Positions 45,385 through 57,752 of a stretch of 64,000 nucleotides of DNA are shown here, piece after piece (the stretch's first letter is position 1; the number at the start of each line of letters is the position of its first letter). The stretch is from positions 26,784,001 through 26,848,000 of the forward strand of contig NC_092674.1 of the NCBI RefSeq assembly GCF_964355755.1, given 5' to 3'. Under the pieces are notes generated by a model that did not search any database, was not told where the DNA came from, and was given only the letters and a program-made list of their open reading frames with translations. Both the position numbers and the translations under genes were made by a program. The DNA comes from Antedon mediterranea. Lineage: Eukaryota; Animalia; Echinodermata.

Positions 45385-48300
45385 ATGACAGCGCCCGTAA
45401 CCGAAACATGCTCAGAAAGAATTCCGCTTGGTAATGTTGTTATTATGGCCAGATAACATTTTAATTACTATCGCAGCTTTCTTCTAACTTAGATAGAATA
45501 ACAGTTATGTTTATTGTGTCTTATTGTTTGTAATCTATTTTTATACCCATGGGTAAATAGCTAGGCTACCCTTATCCGTGATCACTTCGTTTGTAGCAAA
45601 CAACTCGGTACTCGATACGCACTTCCTGTTCGGGATCTGTTTTATTACGGGGTCGTTTCATCCTTTCGTGAGGAGTAGTCTTTTCGCTATAATATGTTGA
45701 TAACCTGTTAAGTTACTGTACTATATTTTAAGTATTACATTTCTCTACTAATACATGCAAACCAAAGTAATTTAAATAAAAACAATGGTTTTTTTTATAG
45801 TATTGTCAAAATATTATTTTAAAATTAATTTATTCACAGCCCAATTTTCGCATGCAAAATTAAAAGTCAATAAAGATGGAACTGCATGTAAGCCACCAGT
45901 CTTCACTCATTTTAGAAGTTCTGAAACAACCAAAGATTCACGGAAGAGAAATAAACAGTATTTGGTAAGTTATAATTATATCTTCAAACATACATTAATT
46001 ACCCAATATTTACTCAAATATACTGTAGACTATTAACCAAGTTTTGTGAACTTTTTATAGAAATCTAAATCTTAAGCTCTGTCTACACTATCATCAAATT
46101 AGTTTAACAAAACAGGTGTGAGGTGCCCAAATATGGCAGTGATATGACATGTCTGTCCATATATATGGCCATTTCTTTAATAATAATGGAAATTTGTAAA
46201 GCGCAAGCACCCGTCTAAAAAAAAGATGCTCACTGCGCTACTGACAACAAAGAACATGGAAAAAATCTTTTTCACGTAAAGTTTGATAGTGTAGACAGAG
46301 CTTTAGTTCAGTAATTAATTACTCAATTGCTGTGTTATAATGTGCACAAAGTGTGTATAGCAATAATCACTCAAAGTTGTGTCGCCTGCTCCTCCTATGA
46401 CAGGCTCTAAATGATATTATGAACTGCTTTTTGATATCTATTTTTGGCAATATTTTAAATATTGTTACTCCTTCCCTTTAATAAAAAAAAATCATTGATC
46501 TGCCACTGACAATCAATAAAATCTCAAATTGTCTGTGTATGTGTAAATATACTTTAAACATGTGTGTGCATAAGTCAGGGAATGAAGAAAAATTTTGATT
46601 TATTTTAGGTTGCAACAACAGATGAAAAGATGGAATACGTTGGTCAGAATTTTGGACCAACAGCTTCAAGATCCGATTCTATGTGCAAGTAAGGCAGTCC
46701 CTGAACTTATGTTTTCCTTCCTTCAATCAAGGCAATCTAAGGGCGCGTTTATACAACACGCTATTACACGCATATTCTACACGCCTACGAAAAGTGTGTT
46801 GTATAACAACAAAGAGATTCCGTGTAATGAGATTTTAATTGCAAAAAAGGCTACTTGGCTGAATCCTAAAATTTGGTGGATTCCCGGTCGCCGTTACCGT
46901 GTTGGAAGTGTCCTCAGGGTATATTTTGACCTCTCGTTAAAACAGGTCGTAATATCAATCATTGCTAACAAGATTGGGCCCATTTATTGCTGCTTCGCTG
47001 CCAGCAATCATCCTCCTACCACGTCTTACGCCTAGCCTAGTGGGGCCAATTCGTAGTGGTAGTAGGCCTCTATCGTTTCCCAGTCCAAACAGAATTAAAA
47101 AAATAACATCGCAAAAATGGCATCTTCTGACATAGTGTATAGATGAAACAATGAAACCCTTAAAATAACTTTTATTAATTTAAATGAACCGAGAACAAAA
47201 TAAACAACAATGCAAACGTGAACGAATACAAGATAATGAAAATGGTAAAAACCGCGCGAATACATCGGACAGCGAGGAGGCGACGATGATTGTTGACAAC
47301 TCCAGAGCCAATTCAAGCGCGATCAACGATTTGACCTTTTATCCTAGCATGCACTGCGTGTTGATGAAACTTCCGGTATAACACGGTATCGTGATTTCTA
47401 GTATAACAGCAAACGTTAAGGTGGGTTGACCTTGGTCCGAACAACACGCTAAAAATTAAAGCCGTGTTCAAATTTAGGGTGTTGTATAAACACGACCTAA
47501 CAACAGGCTGCTGAACTCCGGGGATCAACAGGTTTATCTGTGGCTGCGACACAATCAGGTACACTCCCTTTAACAGGCACTGCACGCTACAGAGAGTATG
47601 TACATGATAGTACAGTACTGTTAATATTTGTCACAGCCAGAGATAAGATTAAAGGACTGTTATGAGTTCCTATCTTGGCAAGGCGAGCTCACTGTCCTGC
47701 TGTTATATTGCCTTGTTTCAATTCATTCTGTAGTAAATGGTAAAATACAAACTAAAATAGAGAGCACACAATTTTCGCAGCTGCTAAACAAAATCTGTAA
47801 TAGCAAGAAAAGATGATGATGTCATATTTATTAAGAACCAGGGTCAAACAAACATAGGTCTGCCATTTTGTCTTATTCTAACACACTGAGTAACTTTTTT
47901 CTAGGTACATGGTTGGTGTTGTTGATAAAAAGACTAATAAAATCAAAGTTTATGATGCTCAGATATATCACCTTCAACCATGGATATTCCTTAAGGAAAG
48001 TTTGAAGGAAGATGCTCAAGATGTTCCAGATAAAAAAGATTTATCCTTCATTGAAAAGGTGACTAATTGCTGTTATATATTTATGAACAGTGCCCTTCAT
48101 AGTACTACTGTATATACAAATATACTTACTCGATTTTCAATGCTGTATCTCCACATACAACCATATTTTCCCAGTATCATAGAAAGATTCTGTAATACAG
48201 CATCTCATGTGTATCACATGTGGTTCCTGTAATAAACAAGGTTAGGGTGAAGGTTACAATAGGTTAGGGTCTATGATACACATGAAACATGTGAGAATAC

Positions 48301-51300
48301 ATATCTGAGATTTTTCCTATTTCTAATAACCTTCTCAATCTTCTATCTACTAAAGCCGAAGTATAGTCATATCTTGGGACCATTTTATAGTTACCATGAG
48401 ATAGGCTTTCTTCATCATTGCTTCTATGAATGGATGTTCTGTTGAGTGCAGAAACGCTGTTGATCATACCCAGTACCATTTTGATTTTACGATCAATCAG
48501 GAAATCACCTCACACACGGGAAAATCTAGAAACAGTACTGAGAATCGGGTGAAAGTATATGTATATTTATACATTTCATTCATGATAATTTTGTTTGTTT
48601 GTTTTTAGAATGATATGCTTACAGAGGCATTTGGCAGTGCAAGAAAACAACGGGCAATGGAATCTAGACATCGTAACAAGGTAGCATCAGAAGCCCTTGA
48701 ACATTCATTAAAGAAGGCTATGGAAGAAGCAGGCAGTCTGCCTAACACACCCACAAGTATGTATAGTTTAATCCATGATCATGTCAAAGGTCATGTCATG
48801 TCAGAAATCATTGGATGTTCGAGTATTTCGCTATTTGTCATCAAGTCATCATTTTCTCCTCTCACTGAAATTATTAAAGAATACAGTTTACACTACCACC
48901 TATATGCTGATGACTTACAGCTATATGTCGATTTTAATTCTTCTGAATCTCATGATATAACTAAACGACTTGAAAGTTGTCTCTCTAAAATATCATCCTG
49001 GCTAGCATCTAACATGCTCTTGCTTAACAATTCTAAAACCGAATTTATCATTTTTTCCACCAAACACATACGTTCCAAATTCAATATTCCCTCGATTTCT
49101 TTTTTTGCCCTACTGAAATCTTTAATGAATCGACTTCAACGTCTCCAGAACACTGCTGCACGCATTCTAACTCTTACTAGAAGATCCTCACACATATCTC
49201 CTATTATATATAACCTCCATTGGCTACCTATTGACTCCCGTATCAAATATAAGATCCTTTTACTAACATTTAAAGCGCTACTTCTTAAACAACCTACTTA
49301 TCTCCTTGATCTTCTTCTCTCCTACATCCCTCTTGTTTGTCTTCGTTCGGCTGATCAAAACCTACTACTTGTTTCTAGAATTAACACCAAATCTTATGGA
49401 CAAAGGTCTTTTATGTTCTCTGCTGCTTCTCTATGGAATTCTCTCCCTCGTCATTTTACTAAATCAACTTCTATTGCTATTTTTTTTAAATAACTTAAAA
49501 CGCATCTTTTTAACATCCAATATAAGCGCCTTTGATTTTTACTTCGGTTTAGTTGATTCTGGCGCTATACAAATACCTAAATTATTATTATTAATCATCA
49601 CATGTTAAATATTTTTTCATCTTTTCAGAATCGCAAGAAGCCTCAGAGACATTAGACATACTACCAAAGTGTAATAAAGATGCTATCAGACCGGAAGAGG
49701 TGTACTTATTGAAAGACAGTATCCTTTGATTAAATCTATCAGTAAGATGTATCAACAAAACCAAAATACAGTCATTGGTGTTTTTTGCTTGAGAAACTTT
49801 ATCATGTTTACATACATCATTTAACTGAAGAAGAAATGTTTGTTAAATTGATGGCAATCAAATTTGATGATTAATTTTGTTGTAATTCATCGTTTTCCTT
49901 ATAATTTTAACAGTTATCAGTCAATCAATCATGTTTTCTCTAAAGAACGCATCTGAATTTCTAACATCAGCGACACAAAAAGAGATTGCTGAATGGAAAG
50001 GAAAAGAAAAGTAAGTTTATAATTTCAAGATTTGTGCTCTGATTTAAATTACAATTATAATATTCAATTTAGGCCAATACAAAAATCTTTGTAATATTCT
50101 TCCAATATGTTATTTTAATTACTTTTTTCAGATACTCTGCATATGTTTTGACTCAAGCGCAGGCGTTGACAGGAACGGGAGAGAAAAGGAAAGAAAACGG
50201 TGCTCGACTTCTCTACTTAATGTACCTTATACATATGCATTGCCTTAAACCATTTCAATGTCGAAAGGGTAAGTATATTATATTATTTTTCTACATAGAT
50301 CCCCAAGGACCAAGTCATTGTTTGCAATTTCTCCCAAAGAGTATTTTGTTCTTGATTCATTTCCCTCGAAGAAGAAAACATATATCAAAGAATATATGAA
50401 TAATAAGTATTATATAACACCTATATAAATTCCTGTCATTTGATTGGACGAATGTGGGTCACATGGCGTGCAATAGTACGCACTATTCAACGATCGTTAA
50501 ATAGTACTTTTTGATATAACCTTTCATCATTCACCTCGGGCCATTATTTGTACCATTGCACTCATAAACATTCATTATTTGTATACTGTAAAATTGTTTT
50601 ACTTGTCTAAACCTAAATCTTTTTATTAGAAAAAAATAAATAAAATGATATAGTAATATTAATTGTTCTTTAAGCAACTGAATGAAATAATTTTGTTTTT
50701 AGGTATTCCATTTATAAGTGGAACACCAGATGCTGTCAGGACTCATCTTCTAAATGAATTCACTGTTGAATCAATATCTCCAGATAGTCAGAAAACTTTA
50801 AGGTACTATTTTGAAGAACACCTCAGTTTAGCCTTTACTATTTCAATATTCTTATTTGCCAAAAATATAATGAGACCAAAATATTCAATATTTATATATA
50901 TATGTATGTTTTTTTTTTTCAGAAATTTGTCAGGAAAGATGCGTGATAAGCTTGCTCTATACATTATCTTGATTGCGCTTCATATTGAGAACTTTAGAGT
51001 TAACCTCTCTCAGTTGCAAAAAGAACTTCATCTTGGATCAAACAAGTATGTGTAATGTTTTTCACCTCTTCTTTTTTCTTCAGCTTTCTTCTTGCACTCT
51101 TACTTCTTTCTGCATTTTTTTCTCTTTCTTTTTTCATTCTTCTTCTTTCACTCTTCTGTCTGCATTCTTCTTTTCTGTTTCTTCTTCCACTCTTTGAATA
51201 TTTCTTCTTTCTCCATTCTTCTCCTCTTTCGTTCTTATTACTTATTTCACTCTTACATCTTCTGCTCTTAATTTTTCTAGTCTTTCTACACCTTCATTAC

Positions 51301-51510
51301 CAAAGAATGATGTCAGTTGCCATACCACAATGAGAAAACTATTTATCTTTCAGAATGCAGACTCTCGTAAGAAGTCTTGGATGTAAGATTGTTAAGTTGA
51401 CTGTAGGTAAAGGTGGCACTAGCACAAATCAGCTGATGGCACAACTTTCTATTCCTTTGATATTCCCAAGTGCCTTCAAAGCTAAACCAAAGTTTGGCGG
51501 AAGGAGGTAG
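45385..51510 (+). CDS. POLR1E: DNA-directed RNA polymerase I subunit RPA49 (PAF53/A49), about 418 aa
   Basis: Exons 45385-45430, 45840-45964, 46609-46688, 47905-48058, 48609-48756, 49629-49718, 49914-50010, 50132-50268, 50703-50802, 50923-51045, 51354-51510 (1257 nt). Motifs QFSHAKL, RKRNKQYLVA..EYVGQNFG, MCKYMVGVVDKKTNKIKVYDA, EAFGSARKQRA, LPKCNKDAIRPEEVY and KLALYIILIALHIENFRVNLSQLQKELHL align with my recollection of human POLR1E. Confidence 0.92.
46741..47497. mobile_element. Non-autonomous Harbinger-like element (757 bp) in a POLR1E intron
   Basis: TAA|GGGCGCGTTTATACAACACGCTA ... TAGGGTGTTGTATAAACACGACC|TAA: imperfect 23-bp TIRs and a TAA TSD. Confidence 0.8.
48830..49592 (+). mobile_element. 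5'-truncated, internally deleted L2/CR1-clade LINE fragment (RT C-terminus and 3' tail) in a POLR1E intron
   Basis: YADDLQLY, LLLNNSKTEF, LQRLQNTAARIL, LHWLPIDSRIKYKILLLTFK, RSFMFSAASLWNSLP; 3' stem AGCGCC..GGCGCT followed by (ATT)n. Confidence 0.9.
49719..49913 (+). other. U12-type (minor spliceosome) GT-AG intron in POLR1E
   Basis: Donor GTATCCTTTG matches the U12 consensus RTATCCTTT. A TTTTCCTTATAA branch-point-like motif lies about 10 nt before the AG with no polypyrimidine tract, and the reading frame is maintained across the junction. Confidence 0.8.
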
Positions 51511-51651
51511 CTTTGGAATGATATTGAAAGAATATATCAAAGTTTGCCAGAAAGAGGTTGCTTAGGAAAAATGATTGAAAGAATGTACCCAAGTTTGGCA
51601 GAAGTAGGTACAGCTATGGAAAGATGATTGAAAGGAAGTATGTTCCAAGTT
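51488..51651 (+). repeat. Diverged tandem repeat of about 51 bp spanning the POLR1E stop codon
   Basis: Units start at 51488, 51538 and 51589 (C.AAGTTTG.C.GAA..AGGT..CT..GGAA..ATGATTGAAAG). Confidence 0.75.
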
Positions 51652-52680
51652 GATCTTGTCAAATCACAGCTACTGGAGATCTTGCATAAGAACATTGACA
51701 AGGGCAAAAAACGTGAAGTTGCAAGGCAGAAAAATAGTATAATTACAAGCGATATGTTGGGAAAATTGGTATCATAAAAGTTTATTTGTGAAATAATAGC
51801 ACATTGCTTTTAAAGTCTTACCATTACCCTTTAACTCTAGATCTTCATGTTCAAACCTAAGAAAGGAAGGTAATAAATTCACCCATTTTGGAACAACCCT
51901 CGCAAAGTAGAAGCACGTAGCAGAACATCTTAAAAACCAGTCTACACTAGCAAAATTTGCCAAACTCGTCGTTTGCTCCAGTTTGGAAACTAAAGTTTAC
52001 TAGGATAGACTTCTGCAAACTTGTTTTCTGCAGTTTGCCGAGGTCTGGTCAACTAGTCTACAATAGAAAACTTTGGGAAACTTTTGTTCTTTTACATTGT
52101 GAATCATATATGCACTGGAAAAAAACCAGATTTGTTGGATCTCAAAGTTGTCCCCTTAATAGAGATTCTACTCTATTGTGGATTACAGATAACACTACAG
52201 TAGGTCTATATAGTCAGTAACGATATTTATGAAATAAATAAATTATAAAATGGTAATATTAAATCATTTAGTGAGACATTTCTTTGGTACTTTTCTGTAA
52301 TTAACAACGCGGTCGTTAATTTATATGCTGTTCATTGTATCAAAAGAAATAAAATATTGAATTAAATGGTGTATGACGGGCCGAGGAAGTTCGCAATCAA
52401 GGTGTTAATTGCGATGAATGTTGACGTCATTCATCACATGTACGACGTTATATTGTTATTGAAAGGCGGGTGTATACCGTGTAGGAAGACCGTGATTTTC
52501 AATTTATAGAATTATCTGAAAATGTGTGAAAGATGTTCACTTGTCAGTTAGCGGGAAGGATGTTGACAAACCCAATTAAACAAGCAGTTTGGAGAAGTTC
52601 AGTTTTTGTTCTCTTTAGAGCAAATTTCGTAGAATTACATCGCAAATTCGATTTTTTTTTACAATTACAGATGTTTCTAA

Positions 52681-52860
52681 AGCATGGTTCCCCACTAGCG
52701 ACGCAACGCAAGGACGTAACGCAACGCAAGTGAATTGACCAATCACAAGCGATGGCTTATTCGCTTGTAATTGCAAACTGTCTATAACTTTGCTTGTCAA
52801 CGGTTAAAACGCTTGCGTTGCGTTTACGTCCTTGCGTTACGTTCTAGTGGGAACCACGCT
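52681..52860. mobile_element. MITE family B (Harbinger-like), TIR AGC(T/G)TGGTTCCCACTAG
   Basis: TAA TSD at this copy; internal ACGCAACGCAAG repeats and inverted TGACCAATCACAAGCGA motifs. Other copies at about 12754-12898, 28620-28764, 30218-30355, 31202-31428, 34050-34208, 34768-34924, 38416-38594, 41434-41583, 42758-42923 and 44460-44682. Confidence 0.85.
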
Positions 52861-52929
52861 TAAGCGCTTTCTTTACAAGCCATGAAATATCCTAAAAGTA
52901 TAAACAGGGAAGCGCTCCCTGATTACGTA

Positions 52930-53286
52930 TTTTTACGCAACGCGACTCTATAGCTCACTATGTCGGTCGGTCGGTAAATAATAATAATAATAATATTAAG
53001 ATTGTTATAGCGCACATACCACTCCAGAGTGCTCAAGGCGCATTTAAAAATAAAAAAGAAATAAATCATACAAATTCCTGACAAATAAAATGCAATTTCT
53101 TTGGAGGGTCCCCATCCGTTGTCGTTCTGTCGCGGTCCCGGACCCCTACCTAGGTGACCAAACAAAGGAGCAGGATACACATTTGCCTTGCCACAGACGA
53201 CCGGGTGCTCAGAGTAAACACTAAATGTCGGTAAACACTAACCCAAATTTGCAAACGCGACTGCAGCCATGTATATGGTCGTGTTT
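52930..53286 (+). mobile_element. Helentron-associated (HINE/DINE-like) non-autonomous element, interrupted by an inverted L2-type tail
   Basis: T-run, ACGCGACTCTATA, (GTCG)n microsatellite, a second ACGCGACT near the 3' end, short hairpin GCCATGTATATGGT and a T-run. (ATA)n..TAGCGC..GGCGC at about 52975-53045 is an inverted L2-like tail. Confidence 0.5.
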
Positions 53287-54682
53287 GTTTTCAAGGAAAT
53301 CTTTTATTTCGAAATCTCTGGTCCAAAGAAAGTAAAATTACGTATAAACTCTATTACTACACTGACGACGCGCCCTCATCTCAGGATGTAACATCTTTGA
53401 CAAAACCACACAAATTTTAAAACCCATCAGTTCTAAAAGTAGGTCTATTAATTATCCCTATATCTACAATTAATGATCCCCTTTGTTTATTTTTTTTCTT
53501 TTAAAAACTTAATAGTTACAATATTACAGTAGGTTAAGTTTTATCCCTTGTAAAAAACCGCCAAGCAGATCTGCCGGCGGGGGTTAATGACTCGGATGTT
53601 TTGAAGCTAAATGAGTAAAATAATAAAGAGCTGCTATGTCATTTCCGGCTAGATATTTATGTCACTCGTCCACATGTGTTCATCTTATCTAAATAATCTA
53701 TTTTGATTGGTTGATGGTCATGGAACAAATAACTTCAAACGACCTGGTTAATTAGCCGCCAGCAACCATAGGCGTTAGCGTACGAAGACAGGAAAGTACC
53801 GACTTGTGTGAGCTGATAATGATACCAACTTTAAAAGGCTTAGTCAGGCTTCGAATTTTATGGGGAAAAATGAAATAATCTACAATAGATTCCGTGACAT
53901 GATGAGAAAGATAAATCCCAATAAAATAAGAATCACATGGTATAAGTTGTTTAAATTAACTGAAACCTGGCCAATAAAGATTGGATGTTTGAAATAATAT
54001 CGATACGGTGTTCATATGTCGAGATCATTTTGTTCTCCTATTATATTTAAGTTTAGGATTGCTAGAACAAGCAAATAGGCCTAGAAGTGGCAAAAATTTC
54101 TAATAACATTTAGTTTTAAAAAAACCAATGAGAAACATCTGGGATGATAGTCCTGTACCCTTCATGATCGTGCTTATGTTTTTTCGGTTATTAAATTGGT
54201 TACTGTTTTAAATGATTTCTTTATTGTATGACTTGACTTGCACTTCGATTTAAGTTCAGTTGTCAATGTCATCAGATTTCTTGAAGATGAGTGAATTATT
54301 TGTATGCCAGCAGTATAGGCACCAGCTATTAATGTTCTAATAATCATGAGAGATAAAGGATTAATGCCATTTATGCTACACTATAACATACTACAGGTAT
54401 AGGCCTACACAAAATGTTCTGTTCTGTTTGCTTCAAACAGAAGCATTGTGATGCCACTGATTCAAAGGTGTATGGTCAACAAATAAATAAATCGCATCCC
54501 TAAAAATAGGTTTATCTAATAAGTTCAAAAGTAGGCCTACACGGCATATCTGGTTCCATAAATATAGATCAAATTATCTGGTTTGTGTAGTTATTACGTA
54601 ACTTTTGAATTCAGCAGGTAGAATAGTCACGTGGGACTGTGTTACGTAACGTAAACTTTACCTCTTCTACCTGCTGCGAAAC

Positions 54683-56061
54683 ATGGCGAGAACAACCAGA
54701 ACAGTTGGAGCTCGAAAGTCTATCAAATCAAACAGTGGTTTGCCGGGATGGATTGCAGCTTGGCTTTTAATTACAGCTGTTATTCAAACATGGGATGCTA
54801 GTTACATTTTACTTAGGCCACACTCAGCCGCTGGAGGAAAATTAAATGCATTTTGGAGACCATGTAAGTGTGATACACGTAGGCCTAGCATAATACCGGA
54901 ACCAACAAACAAGCGGTATAAATAAGTACATAACAGGGGGAGTGGTTGAAGTCGTTGGCTACCGGCAAAGTGTGGTAGGCTTAGGATAGACTTTTCGTCT
55001 TTTTTTTTATGTTACTTATTTTACACGTTCGTTGCAAGTCAGCAACAAAGAAATAACACATCTGAAAAGAAAGAAATATAGATTGTCAACGTAAAAAAAC
55101 TAAAAATGATTTTATTCTATTTCTGATTTTGAACTTGTAAAATTGTTATTTCTAATTGCTGCCCTCTATAGTTTGCTTAACTTTTAATATTAGAACAAAT
55201 AAAGCAACTAATGAAGAAATAATTTTCTTCTCTTTTCTTCTTATGATTCCATTTCGCTTTTTTTTTGGTAGATAATCTTTATCAAGAAATTGATCTAAGA
55301 TACAAAGAAGATGAATCGTTTGGCATTGCTCAAAGCTGGTAGGTAATTTTAATGAAAAAAAAATATAATAGTTTTATTTTCTTATTTTAACTAAAAACTA
55401 ATTTTTGATCTTTCTTTTTGACACACTGTTATCAATATATGTTAGCGCTCCTCACTTTAAAACTAATAACCATGGAAAACAGAGTTTTAATTAATGGATA
55501 TTTTTCAGCAAGACCTATTAAAGTTGTCTTCAATTTGCTTATATTAACCTAAATCCAGCTCATTAAATTTACTGTTTTTCTAAATTGTTAAAATCTAGTA
55601 CAGTTTTATTTTTTACATGACATGGCCTATATAATATTTTTAGTCTGTCAATTACAGTTGGGATTGATACTTCCTCGATTGTCAATACCCATACAAATAT
55701 ATAAAACGATTTATTTTGTTAAATCCGATGGAAGGACGACTGATTGTTGAATATAGGCTAATAAATCAGGCTAGTAATTATGCAACAATGCTCGTCGCGC
55801 ATCTAGTTTTTTTGTTTGACACAATATATCGTTTACATTCCGTGGCATGGATTTCTAGATAATGACAAGGTAAGTAAAAAATGTAGGCTAACCAAGGTAG
55901 TATTTTCTTTTTTTTTTATTTCGGAATAAATTTTTAGTTTCTGTGTTCAGGAACTATTCAGTCGTTAACAAATGGAAATGATTTTTATACAATATAATTT
56001 GTGTCCTTTTTTCAGTCTTAACGTGGTTGAAGTCCTTCTATGTGTTTTTGTACTTTATCTC
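54683..56061 (+). CDS. Multi-pass membrane protein of the EXPERA/EBP-like type, first three exons (3' incomplete)
   Basis: Exons 54683-54863, 55272-55338 and 56016-56061 join in phase: ...WLLITAVIQTWDASYILLRPHSAAGGKLNAFWRPYNLYQEIDLRYKEDESFGIAQSCLNVVEVLLCVFVLYL. The WxxY..YxxxDxRY..E pattern recalls EXPERA proteins. No further exons were recognised in the window. Confidence 0.65.
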
Positions 56062-57319
56062 GTAAGTATGAACAATTATTAAACAAAAATTAATTTGTAA
56101 TATAATTATAATTATATCAGATCTATGCTATGATTTAAACTTCTATTTAAACTGATTTGACTTTTTTTAATGTATGTTGTATGTATACCGCACCAACAGA
56201 TGATTTATGTCCAATCCGAAGGACGGGGCAAATGAGAGTAAATAAAGCATAATGAATATTGGACAGATTCGAACCCATGCCTCTCGCATGGTAGTCTAAT
56301 CCAATACAATATGCCACATCACTCTCAGAACTGATAGACAGTATAGCACCATATGTTTTTTCTTGTTTTCTTCCTCTTACTATTAATAGTTCATGATCGG
56401 TCGTAACACTCTGTTAATGTTTTTTCTCTTTAGAAATATTACTATTGAACTCTCCCCTTAAGCGTATATTCTGCTCATCAATAATAAAGTATGAAAACAA
56501 AGAAATATCATATCGTGCTTAAGAATCTTGAAATCCTATCATTTTCCCTTCCCCAGGTGAAATACATTACTAATTTATACTTTTCAATAATATGTAAAGA
56601 CTTATTGAAATGACTTGATGATGAACTTAAACATTATAATAACACATTTATTGCCCTTAGTTTATTTGATGATGTCATCCGGATAACGAATCTTAAGATT
56701 ATGCGATAGTAATCACTGGGGTATTGACCTTACCCCCTCACAGAAAGTCCAAGGCTTTTGAGACATTCACCTGGGAGTACTTACTATGCAAAGAGGAAGT
56801 TATGTTAATTTACAACATCTACATATTACATGTTATTTAAAACACATCAATTTACATTTATATGCAATTGAATGGTGACAGATCTCAACAAAAAATAATA
56901 TATAAGAATTACTCAACCAATCAAAACCGATTAAAAGTATATACACTGTCAGTATATTTCTTGTATTTGTTTACCCATAAATATGTCAACGTTTATCATT
57001 TAGTTCTGGGATAGTAGAACAAGGATAGCAATTTACATTTAAATGGTATTGAATGATGACAGATCTAGACTAGTAGTTACATAACAAATTATACAACCAA
57101 TCAAAACCAATTAAAAGTATATACTGTCATTATAAATTGTAGTATTTCTACTATGAATTATGATATCACCCTTTTCTTTTAAATGTACTGTGTCATCATT
57201 TAGTAATAGATCTACAGATTACTAGAATCATTTACATAACAATTAAACCTATCTGCCTATAAAATCAATTAAAAGTTAATGAAATTAATTAATTAAAAAG
57301 ATACACTATCACGTTTGCG

Positions 57320-57642
57320 TGTGGCGCGTGTGGCGCAGTATGTTGGACGTTGGACTACCGATCGTCAGACCTAGGTTCGAATCCAACTCTCGCCGCATTG
57401 CTTGTATCCGTAGGCAAGATACTTTACTTACGTTGCCTCTCTCCACCCAGGTGTATAAATGGGTACCCAGTTAGATCTAGACACAACTGCGCTGGTTACC
57501 GGCTGCATTATGGGAGTATGTTTCCATACGTGTTTGATCCCAACAAATACTGGGGTAATAATGCTTGTAAAGCGCCTTTGAGCATGATTACTCATGAAAA
57601 GGGCGCTATATAAATCTGGTATTATTATTATTATTATTATTA
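57320..57642 (+). mobile_element. tRNA-derived SINE with a CORE-like central domain and L2-type tail
   Basis: A box TGGCGCAGTATG, B box GGTTCGAATCC, GGCAAGATACTT..CCTCTCTCCACCCAGGTGTATAAATGGG, tail GTAAAGCGCC..GGCGCTATATAAAT and (ATT)n. Confidence 0.8.
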
Positions 57643-57752
57643 TGTTATTCAACTTTCTCTGTTATGCTTATTATACTGACCAAGCTTCTGGTTCGGTGCC
57701 TGGATAAAACATTGTTAAAATTGGTGTAGTGTTTAAAAATAGCTTAAACTTA

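Noticed and set aside
46595-47035. 146-aa ORF as a possible transposase
   Set aside because: It is an off-frame read of POLR1E exon 3 running into a non-autonomous element, with no DDE or Myb motifs.
50405-50580. Segment with TGATTGG..GTCACATG and CCTCGGGCC motifs resembling non-autonomous Crypton-type repeats
   Set aside because: No clear termini and no second copy in the window.
51055-51333. Phe/Leu/Ser-rich ORFs here and at 5903-6193 that look like membrane proteins
   Set aside because: Intronic polypyrimidine tracts.
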